DNA of 64,000 bases from Haplodiscus bocki. Its lineage: Eukaryota. Location: assembly GCA_965655095.1 (NCBI GenBank), contig OZ296654.1, positions 76,880,001 to 76,944,000 of the forward strand, read 5' to 3'. This document shows positions 50,401 to 60,891 of this stretch, piece by piece (within the stretch, counting starts at the first letter, position 1; each line of letters opens with the position of its first letter). Under the pieces are notes generated by a model, which did not search any database, was not told where the DNA came from, and worked only from the letters and a program-made list of their open reading frames with translations. A program made the translations under genes and the position numbers.

Positions 50401-53400
50401 GAAGGTTAACATTTTTTTTATGTTTAAACTGAAATATTTTCCTCATAATGTTTGAAAACGGAGATCCCTGGATTCCAACAGACTCCCCCAACAGTGATTA
50501 CTTGAATTAAAATTGGTATAATGTAACTTAGGACAAAGGTGTTCCAAACCATCAATTTCCAAAACATCCTTCTGCTAAATAATATCCAATTGTAATGTTT
50601 AAATTGAATATATTCACGGATAAGATTTGAAAATGAATATACCTGGCATCCGCCAAATTTTCCGAACTGCAAACAGTTTTATGGAGAACGGATGATTGCA
50701 ATCCTGACAATATTGTTGAAGAGAATATTTTTTTGAGAACATAATTATGCTGAAAATATCTACATGTGGAAATTTCAATTGGATTATTTTCCAGATAATG
50801 CTTGAGAATGGAGATCCTTGGATTCGACTTTCCGAACTGAGGGAATTGCAATTAAATATGAAGATTGGAAATAAAACAGTGTTTAGAAACTCGCTTTCAG
50901 AAACATCATTTTACTGAAGAAATTATCTAAATTTCTGGGTTAAAATTGGAAAACTTTCAGGATAATTTATGAAAACAAGAGATCAGTGGCTCTCAGAGGA
51001 TTTTTTGAACAACGAGTAATTGCATTGAGAGTGGATAATTGAAATTCGATGAAGAATTAATGGAAACTCTAATGTCTCAGGAAAATTTCTGACTATCCAT
51101 TTCAGTGGTCCATCTTTTATTTCGACCTTTCGCCTCATTTTCTACATTAAAACTGCAAAAAGGAGATTTTATCAAATTTTGCGAATTCCCAAAAAACCAA
51201 TGATTATCAGCACGAATTAGCTTGATTACTATTACAGTGAAGTGAGAAGTAGCATGTGCAGTAATGTAACAATAACAAACTTCGAGTTTTCTGAGTTTGT
51301 CTGGGTCAGTTTCGGTCATGAGTCGTTCCTTCTCCTGTCTGACCTTCTCTTCTCTCCTCTGCTGCTGACTCTCTTGTCTCTGTGAGTGCATCATTTTACT
51401 TATCGTCTCTTCCATCTTCACTCGATTTTTCTCGGCTTTTGCTCTTGCCTAACACAATACAACGCAAAATTTTACAACTCGGAAACATCAATCTCATGCG
51501 TTCAAAAAAACTACTAGCTGCAATTTAGATCAAAAAGAGCTGAATTTACGAAAAAAACACGTGGGTCTAAAAGATTTTTGCTCAATTCCGTTGAATATTC
51601 ATACCCCGCACATTATTTGTTTTATCTAAAGCGTTGCAAATGAGAAACTCATTTGCGAAAAAAGTTCATCATTTTTGACAATAAATATAACACATCATTA
51701 AGGCTTGGAATTGATTGCTCAGGGGTTCAGCTGATAATTTACAACTCCCGGCGTTAACTTTGAAGCCAAAGAGCGCTAAAACAGCGCGAATTTAGTCTTG
51801 AAATGCTCGAAGCAACGTCCCTTTCAAAAAGACGAAAGTTGTATTGTTGGCAAAATTGGAAATAAGAACCGAATGTTCCGGATTTTCAGCTTTAACAGGA
51901 GCTGCCTCAAATTTAATAGGAACCTATTATCGGAAAAGATATTCGGCCGCTCTAACACCTGCAAACCACTCATACAAACAAACTCCACTTGAAACGGATA
52001 TTTAGGCCATACTAAACGACCAAGATGTCTACTCACATCTTTGGACAACTTGATTCGTTTCAGTTTGTCAATGAAGTAGATGACTAATTTGAGACAGGGC
52101 AACATCTGAGCCATATCCTCTGGCTGTGCCCTTCCGTATTTGGGCACTGCGAATCTGGCCTGTAACACTTTCATAGTGCTCCCAGCTCCCACAACTGGAG
52201 ATGAACTTCCTGAAGATGAAGATCCCCCGCTACCCCCAGCGCCAGAGTTGGACGATGTGGAGCCAGATGGAGCTGTGGAATCGTCCGGCTTCTTCCCACT
52301 GTACTGGTCAGATATGTGCAAATACTCCAGCAGGTCCGGATACAGTTTCAGAAACTTTTGGAGCTGAAAAGATGAACTAGACAATAAGACAACAGCTGCT
52401 TTTTGGAAAATTGGTTTCAAGGGTGCTAGCTTCCAGATAAAAAGTACAAAGAGAATTCCGGATTAGAATTCAAGAATGAATGCAAGGGTAATATTTGAAA
52501 GCCTCGAAACCTAAAGAAAAGGTTTAGGAAAATGTAGGAACAAAAGTTTCTTTGATTACCAATTACGCGCATTAAGATAGGGTCAGTTCTTTTCACCTTG
52601 TAGAAATGAATTTCCCAGAGTTCAGTCTTCTCAAAAAAAGTGCTGAAAATAAGTTACCGGAGATTTAAAGACATAAAAATTTTCCTCACTTTCCGGTATC
52701 TTCTGTGGTTGTTAAACCAAAATCAACACTAAACTCTATGAATGTTGGACCAATTCAGGTATGCAAAACACAAAGAAAATCTCATGAAAAATTCAGGAAA
52801 CTTTTCCTTTACGGTTTTCCCATTTTGAGATGTGCTCTACACATCCTTAATTTTTGACCAGAATTTCACACATATAAGATCAAAATTGTAAGACAGAATG
52901 AAATAAATCGCAATCGTTACTTCGGAATCGATGATGAAGTCTGCCACTTCGTGGAGTTCTGACGCGTAACAGTAAGCAGGGCACTTGAACCTCTCACAAC
53001 TCTTGCGACCGTCACAAAAACTGCTCTAAACAGAACAAATCAAGAATGTCTCTATGAATACTAAGAATGAAAGTCAAACTTTATAAAAAGGCAGAGTCAA
53101 TTTTCAAGTTTGATAACTGTTTGCGGTAATATTCAATATTACGCTAATGTTAATGTAATACGTTAATGTAAACTTTGGACCACCCGCAATTTAGACTACA
53201 TGGGTGATAAACTATTGTCGTTTAAAACTTGGTAAAAAAATAGTGTAAAACTTTAGAGTATTTAAAAAACATTCTACGATACGAAGCTAGTAACAAAAAA
53301 GTAAGATAATCAATTGAAAGTGAATGCTCCCAACCAAATCTTGCAGCTCTTTCAAGTTTTTCGTGAGAATCTTTTTGGACCCCAATGCAAAGATGAGCGG

Positions 53401-56299
53401 CTCGAAATCTTCATCCAGAGTTACACTAATTTCCTGCAAAGAAGCAAAACATGCAACTGTATTCTAACCAACCAATGAAATTCCGCACTGTCTAGTATAG
53501 ACTTCTTGTAGCAGTGCTAACCATGAGATCACTAGCTGGCTTCAGAAATCGGCTCATCAACGAAATTATGTCTTGCCGCTTCACAAACTAAAACAGACAC
53601 TTCTCAACAATTGCCAAAATAACAATGAAATATAGAAAGCGGGCATTACAGTCGGCCTTTTTTTAAGTGCCCGACCAATGAAGTGATTTTCCTTGTGATT
53701 TTCAAAGGCTTCTTTAATGATTTCTGCCAAAATTCTGCGCTTGCTTAAACTTTACATACAATGCTGAGTTTTCGACAGAATTAAAAGGTTGGAACTAACT
53801 TTTAGGTCTATCAGCATTCCCTGACATCCGAGTCTGCCTGAGCACCAAAGAGAGAACACGTGTTCGCTCTCCTTCATCAACACAGGCGAGTACTTGTCAC
53901 TTGTGACTGTGGCCACTTCCTTGGCGGTTCCGTCGTCTCCCACCACCGAAAAATTGCGTTCCAAAGTACCGCGCGTTGCTTCCAACCTAACAAATCAAAG
54001 CCTGTTAATAATCCCTTTTCTACTCTTGCCCAAAAGCGTCAAATGTGGAGTGAAGCTTAGTTTCCACCCCATACAAGGCGATAAATTGATGTCCTTCCAT
54101 TGTGAGGCGGGAATGAAAAGCTTCAACGGGGAGAATTTGAGACAAAAGGAAAGGCTTCCAAGTAACATCTGCCGCACTAACCATGCAGAAGCGAGTTTTT
54201 GGTTTTTCTGTCTGCCGTAGATGAAATTGAGCGCATAGGAAACAAGTCCGATGAGGAGAAGGAACTCTAGGTAGAACCCGTCCCATTTAGTCCTCAGGTG
54301 TTCTGGCACGTCAATCACTTTAAGGCCGTCAACTCCTCCTGCCCCTCCAGACCCTCTCTTAGTCGTCTGTCTTTGATGACCAGTTCCTCCTTTGCCTTCG
54401 AGTCCTCCCACACCACCAAGCGCCTCCATTGAAGGTATGGAAGAGTCACGCTGAAGCAAAATGAACAATTCAGTCATTTTTGTTTTGCAATGACCCGTTT
54501 CGTCATACTAAGGTGCACCTATGTACGAATTGTTTTAGGTAAATCAACAAACCATCCCACAGACTGGAGTAACTTGAGTTTTGCCTCGAAATAATTTCTA
54601 TCACAAGCGAATCCACTTTTGCTCAAAATTTCCGCTATTTTGCAAATAAATCCACATAAATTTTCAATTTCTTTGTTTTAATCATTCTATCAACTCTTCC
54701 ATTCAACATATCTTCTTGCTCCACATCCATCATGTTGACGCAAAAAATCATCTCCACCCCGATGATTTCCTATCAAAGCTCAGCTAGCTAATTGACAAAA
54801 TTTCAGGTGGGCGCTTTATGAAATGAAGATGTAGTCGGTGTTTTCTGAATTAAAGATGCCGACTATTACAGTTTCGTTTTTATCGTAAGACATTTCTCTC
54901 ACTTCGAATCGATCCAATTTTAAAACTTTGGTCAATTCTAATTCTTGATGGGAAGAATTGTACCATAGCTTCCAAAACTTCAAAAATCGAAAAAAGTTCG
55001 TGATAGCTGCATTTGCCTATGCTGAAAATTTTGGGAAAAGCACAAACGAAAACATTTTGTAATAAACCAGTTTTGCAAAAAACGGGACATTTTCGAAAAG
55101 CAAACGCCAAAAAAATTGCAATACCCCTTAGTTTCTCCTCGATTATCCGTCAATTCTGCCAGCATGCTTTTCGCCTGAAGTAAATAACCGCCAAAATCGA
55201 TTATACGCCAAATCGGCAAACAATGTTTTTCACGTTTCCTGTTGAAAATAAGACAATCGAAATCAAGTACACTTCCAGTCAACCAACGCCCTCCTTTTTC
55301 CCAGCCAAAAATTGCTGCACCAATGCTTCCGGAAAATCGAGGATTACTATACTTCTCTGTGGTACACAAAGTTTTCTCGAAAAAGAACTTCAAAACAACC
55401 ACCTCCACCATAACTATTTTGAGTCTCACGGATGGTGCCGATTCGGACAATACTTGGCTTGTTACTGTTTACAGAACTAACCTCTTCTTCGACAATAAGG
55501 ACATCGTCGTCTTCATCGGCTTCCTCATCGAATGTTTTGAAATCTTGCATCTCCTCTGCACCTTTGCCTGATTTCACGGAGGAGTGAGCTTGGCCCTGAT
55601 TACCTGAGTCTGCCACCGACTTCAAAGGTCGCTCTCCCATATCTAATGTTTCCTCATCTTCATCAGCATGATGCAGAGAATCCATTAGTACTGCACCTGC
55701 AACAAAAGCAGCGATAAAACCTGAATGAAATTCAATTCCATTTCCTAAACTCAACAATTAATCGCCACTGTTCACATACCGCCAAGCCGTTTGCATCATC
55801 AGAGTCAAACAAATTTTCATGTCATCTCCAGTGGAAAAACGAGAAACTTAGGCTCCAACGCGACAGAGCCTTTGTTTGTTCAGAAACTTATTCCAATACA
55901 TCTGTTCTTTCCAAATGCTCTTTACTTTATCTTCCATTTTGATTTTGGACAAACGTCTTATGGCGATCAAAACAAAAATCGAATGTTCTGACGAAGACTT
56001 CAAGATTAAACTTCCCAAAGCTTAAAAGCATATTTTATAAAGCAGCTTGCATGCCAACCTGGAGACCCTTTATGATGATGCTGGTGGTGGATGGAGGAAG
56101 CCACCCCATCATCAAACTCGTCATCGAACTCGGCAAAATCGTCTTCCACTGAGGTTGCCACAGAGGGAGCAATTCTTCCACTCTTACCATGACTGCTCTG
56201 CTCACTGTGACTGTGCTGGTAGCTGTTCTGGTGCATCTGACCGATAGAGGTCAGCAAGAAAAAGGTACAAGTGATGGCGGTCACAGACAAAATACCCAT
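47416..56299 (-). CDS. CCDC47: CCDC47 (PAT complex subunit / calumin), 10 coding exons, about 582 aa
   Basis: Exons 56299-56059, 55696-55482 (alternative in-frame acceptors at 55720 and 55690), 54450-54182, 53986-53800, 53587-53522, 53433-53335, 53025-52921, 52363-52037, 51448-51281 and 47487-47416. All introns are GT-AG, phases are consistent, total 1749 nt. Signal peptide, acidic lumenal region, TM helix, [45 protein letters not shown] and a C-terminal coiled coil. The start ATG could be slightly further upstream in the same frame. Confidence 0.93.
49080..49905 (+). repeat. Dispersed repeat, copy 2 (inside CCDC47 intron 9)
   Basis: Colinear similarity with 44200-45000. Confidence 0.85.
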
Positions 56300-57974
56300 T
56301 TTTATTCTGAAGCATTTCCGAAAGAGAATTCCTCTGAAGCAAGTATTAAGACCCATATCAGTCGACAACGAATTATTGAACTCTTGGAATTTAGTGCTGG
56401 CGGTATAGTAGGTCATACAACAGCAAAACTGATCATGTCGAAGTATCCAATCATACTTCCTCAATACCAATCGAGTCACATTGAGATGGCAAAACTGTGA
56501 GATGAATACAGTAAATGAAAAATTTAGACTTCTTTCGATCACTCACATGATAGAAGATAAGTATAAACCGAGGTCCTACGGACAATGTAAACTAATGAGG
56601 ACAAAAGTATCACACGACTGCAATAGAAAGGCTTCCCAAATACGTATGCAAATTTTTTTTTCTGAAAAAGATGTTTTTTTTAGAAAATGATTTTTTTTCA
56701 AAATCGGTAAAAGTGGCAAATTTCCTCTAGAATGCGTACCAAAGGACACTTTTTTAAATGTCTCTTTTTACACCTAAATTGAGGTTTTGCATAAAATCAC
56801 GAAATTTTTTAATTTCAAAAATTTGATTCCAAAAAATAAAACTTCCATCCTAAATAGCTTTCTAAACATAGTTGGAGGGCAGAAAATATCCCGATGGTAG
56901 CCGGGTGACTTGTTTTGAAAATTTTACAAATATTTTTTAACTTATGAGCACTACAGTAATCAACCTTTCCTCAGCGACGGATTTGCTTGACAGAGGAAAT
57001 TTTTCCATTATCGAGTTCTGAAATGCAGCTTCTTTGAAATACAACGAACTCATTTGCGATGAAGAAGTTTAGGGTGTTCACGCCAGAAGTGATCGGCAAA
57101 CTCCCGGAATCATTCCGCTTTTCATTTTAGGGAACAACAACCGTAAGTCGAACCACAAATATCAGATGAACTCTCAAAATTTGCCCTAAAAATCAAAAAA
57201 TGGATAATTTGATATTTTTCAATTTTTTTATTCCGTTTGATTTAGTTACTAATTCATGTCCAATTTCATAATAATTCAGGGTTTTTTTGCACAAATCAGA
57301 AAAACTTTAACTTTAGAAAACAATTCTCATAATCTGGACTTATTTTGGTCGATTGTGAAGTTTTCGTCATTTTTTCGCCTTTCATGTCTGGTTTTTCTGT
57401 TGGGATGGCTGGTTCAGTCGCTTGATGGCAACTTCTTGGTCACTTGCATCGTAGTTTGCCCGGATGGGGGCTGGGAGTGCTCTATTCAGTGGGGTCTCCT
57501 CCAAGGTCAATTTCCGTGCGCCCAGCACGGTCGATCTCCGTGGCAGAGTCAAAAATGGATTATCTCAAAAAAACTCTACCTTTCGGGAAGAAAAACAAAA
57601 TTTTGAGTACAGGTACTATATTAGATGGAATCTAGATGAAATTGAAAACTGGCGGAATAAAAATTTGAGAGCGCAATTTTTCCTTATGGTGAATTTGGCA
57701 AATTTCATGTTGAAAAACCTATGTTGGATGAATAATTTCCCTTCCTTATATGAAATACGGGAGGAAAATGACACAGAGGCGAAGCTGTGCTTCACAACAC
57801 TTGCGCCAACAAAATACTAGTGAACAAATCGACGAAATATAACTGATTTTTGAAAGGGCCACAATACTACTAATAACAACTGTACAGAAATTCATTAATT
57901 CTTGTACATTTATATTCAAGTAAGAAATGCTATAAATATTTCATTCGCTTGATATCTTAAAACACTCATCTCAA

Positions 57975-58150
57975 TCGACAATGACACAGTCAGTAGAGCA
58001 TGCGACTGCGGCGCGAACGGTTCCTGCTTCGAGCCAAAGGCACTCGCTCCTTTTTGGTCAAAGCTAGGAACTTGTGTCAGTTTTTTTCTCTGTTAAAGGC
58101 GACCGTGCATATCGGTATGTCAAGCAACTTATATCTGATGACTTGCAGAG
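57975..58150 (+). mobile_element. tRNA-derived SINE-like element
   Basis: CAGTCAGTAGAGCATGCGACT...GCTTCGAGCC resembles a tRNA 5' half (A box at about 57982-57993, B box at 58026-58035) without a cloverleaf or anticodon arm. The body segment 58097-58147 is repeated at 58445-58496. Confidence 0.6.
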
Positions 58151-58693
58151 ACGTAAGCTAAACTCAAAAGGTATATGATCTGCGAAAAGAGGGCAAAAGT
58201 CTAAAATGTGAAAAAGAACCTACTATGTCAAAGAGATGAATTCAAGGTTCGGGTCGTTGGTATGCTACATGCTGTACCCCTACTGTACAGTGTCATTGAA
58301 CTGTTCTCTGACCAGTTGTGAACGGATCGGAAAAAAATTGAAGACTGTATTATAACACTTGAAATCGACCAACCAAATTTAAGCAGTATACAAGCACGCA
58401 CATTTTCGAAGAAGTCAAACAACAGACGTCACATACGCTTCAATGGGGACCATGCATATCGCCGATATGTCAAGCAACTTTTGTAATGACTTCCAATAAA
58501 TGATTTCAAAATAAGTTCAAATGCAAAATTGAGTACACCCATCTAAAATCGAAAAACTTCTCGCATACAGAGAATTAATTACGTCGCATAAGGATTATTT
58601 GAAACCAATATTATAATTTTAAACTCCAACTCCCGAAGAATCAAAAGGAAACATTCAAGTAAATTCAAATTTAATGCAATCTTCATAGCTTGT

Positions 58694-58990
58694 TCATTTC
58701 TTTTTCTTTTTGCTGGCGGTAGGATCTACCTCCGTCGTTTTGGGTTGCCACTTGAGAGGATTACGTCTAAACATGGGCCATGGAGGCAGAGTCAAAACTG
58801 CGCTTACGACGAAAGCGGCCAGAACGGAGTAAACGGCAATAGAAAACCGCTGAACAATGTAGCCCCAAATGAAACCCAGCACAGCAAAAATGATGAGAAT
58901 GATTTGAAACCAGCGTTCAGCCTTCTTTTGCCCTTTGAAGTCGTAATGCGTGTCAATTTTCGGCAAAAGGGAAGCCCAAATGTCACCCAT
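58694..58990 (-). CDS. SPCS1: Signal peptidase complex subunit 1 (SPC12), 98 aa, single coding exon
   Basis: MGDIWASLLPKIDTHYDFKGQKKAE, two TM helices, LTLPPWPMFRRNPLKWQ and a KKKK end. True ATG at 58990. Confidence 0.95.
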   Translation of the reverse strand: MGDIWASLLPKIDTHYDFKGQKKAERWFQIILIIFAVLGFIWGYIVQRFSIAVYSVLAAFVVSAVLTLPPWPMFRRNPLKWQPKTTEVDPTASKKKKK

Positions 58991-58993
58991 TTT

Positions 58994-59059
58994 CTGAAAT
59001 TTCAAAAACTTCAATTCCAATTCTTCAACGAAAATTAAACCTCATTCGGTTATTTTATT
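58994..59059 (-). promoter_or_regulatory. Candidate intercistronic segment: AATAAA (59059-59054), T-rich tract, TTTCAG acceptor (58999-58994)
   Basis: The minus strand reads ...AATAAA...gtttttgaaaTTTCAG|aaaATG. The acceptor is 3 nt before the SPCS1 start. Confidence 0.55.
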
Positions 59060-59112
59060 AAAAACCCCAAATGTTGTGATAAGTTAAATAAAAAGGCTTT
59101 CACTTTACTTTT

Positions 59113-59186
59113 TCACAGGAAGGTTTCTGATCTACAGGCTGTCTGGTCTCTGTTGATCAGCTCCTTCCTTGGTCGTCCATATCTTT
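59113..59186 (-). CDS. Possible terminal exon of an unidentified upstream gene
   Basis: tttctcAG acceptor at 59188-59187, a GC-richer segment (longest frame RYGRPRKELINRDQTACRSETFL*), then AATAAA about 55 nt downstream. Reading frame not determinable. Confidence 0.35.
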
Positions 59187-59471
59187 CTGAGAAACTTGTA
59201 TGGCCCATTTCATTTCCCAGTGTTTATTCAGCGTCGTTTTGAATTACACCGCGAAAATCTGCTGCTCGGAAAACCAAATTTTGCTACCACCCTACATGAA
59301 ATTTGCTTTTCTGCTCTTCGGAAATTATTCAATTTATTCTTTTCGAAGCAAAAGTATGCTCTCCAAAAAATTATCGAATAAAAAAAATATTTTGAATTAC
59401 GTTCAGCTCCGGGTAAACGCATGGGTAAATCCCTAAATCTGTGACTACTACTTTGACAGAAAAGGAAGTGA

Positions 59472-59852
59472 AGCCTAATTGTTGTGATAAACTTACATAG
59501 CCTTGTGCTGTTTAATAAGTCAACTTCAGATAAATTGGTTTCCTGGAGAAGTGCTACTGGCTGGAGCTACTGGAACGATCTTCGCAATGAGTAGACCTGC
59601 CAAGGTTGCATCGGTGTCAGCCAGAGACGACAATGGCGAAAAAACAACTGATGAGGATCATGCAAGAGGTGTGATGAGATTGGCAAGGACTGGATGCAAT
59701 ATGATCTATGCCATGCTAGTATCACGATTTTTACTCCGGGTTACCTCTGCCACTTATATTTCAATTGTCGGAAAATACAGCTGAGTATCTCCTGTTTAAA
59801 TGTAAATCTTGCTTTGAGAAGTAGGTTATTCCTGAAACCCCTCGTAAAATTG
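59472..59852 (+). mobile_element. LINE C 5' fragment: leader copy 2 plus frameshifted PHD-finger ORF1
   Basis: Leader at 59472-59529, ATG at 59587, and SCKRCDEIGKDWMQYDLCHA / YHDFYSGL...FKCKSC forming a PHD finger across frameshifts. Interrupted by LINE B. Confidence 0.75.
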
Positions 59853-60088
59853 TTCGAGATACTACTAATTGTTGTGATAAACTTATTAAATAGCTTCAGA
59901 TAAATGAGAGCTTTTGAGTGATATCACACGTTGCCCATTGGACTACCTGCTGGACTACCCACTGCCCACTGGTCTACCCTCTGCCTCACCATCTGTTCTA
60001 TCCACTGGAGTTCTCACCAACTGGGCATCATTTTATTAATATTTAGTTACTGGTATTTTAATTTTACTTACATTCCTTTTATGCAACT

Positions 60089-60891
60089 ATGAACACCCGT
60101 TCTCGAACTGGTTCGACCTCATCTCCATGCAACCAGCAATCATGCCGGAAAGAAGTCAAGGAACGGGGAATTTTATGTGCCCGCTGTGCCAAGTGGTATC
60201 ACGATACCTGTGCTGGCCTGTCCGACGAATCATATAAGGTTAATGGTCAAATACCTGGATGTCTGTGGGTCTGTCCCCCGTGCCTGCCCGTAGCCGAGCA
60301 AATCCTTCGACAACCGCTGGTGGACCCGGAGTTTATACGAACAATTGCAGATGCCTTGAAACCTCTGCATGAGTCAGTCCAATCTCTGAATACGAAGACC
60401 GAAGTCAAGGAATCTGTTCAGGAGGCACTGGGTGAGCTTACACTTTCAACTGCCCCCCGTACTCAGTCTGACGTACGCCTTGAAGTCAGATTTGATGGAA
60501 TACCTGAACCGTCAGGTACAGGAATGCAGAATCTAACTCATGATGAGAACCAGTTGAAAAATGTGTTCCAATTTCTTGGCGAAAGCGACGCCAGTATATC
60601 ATCCGTATCTAGACTTGGGAAGGAAGTTGAAGGTCGTAGCAGGCCCAGAACATTGTGTTGGTGAAGCTTAATACAGAGTGGTCCGTCCGGAAGCTTTTGA
60701 CAAAAGCTAGGAACCTGAAGCAGTATAGTTCCCCGATATTTATGTCACGCATGCTATCGCCGGAGGATCATGAGAAAAAAAAGCTTATCCTGAAAAAGAG
60801 GCGGGAGCTTATAATTCAGGGTACTCCTGCAAAGTAGCTAAAGATCAAAAACCTAAAACTGTTCCACAACAACACTGAAGTACAACTGTGA
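60089..60891 (+). pseudogene. LINE B ORF1 (PHD finger), one frameshift and one premature stop
   Basis: CARCAKWYHDTC...WVCPPC, FDGIPE, RLGK...RPR. Frameshift near 60655, TAG at 60835, natural TGA at 60889-60891 by alignment to LINE A ORF1. Confidence 0.88.

Noticed and set aside
50445-50850. Short intronic duplication (GGAGATCC.TGGATTC about 350 bp apart)
   Set aside because: A small degenerate duplication with no further structure.
57975-58045. Functional tRNA gene
   Set aside because: A and B boxes are present but there is no pairing acceptor stem or anticodon arm; treated as a SINE head.
58991-59020. N-terminal extension MELKFLKFQK of SPCS1 in the ORF track
   Set aside because: It starts at TTG and spans the acceptor tract; the ATG at 58990 fits the family.
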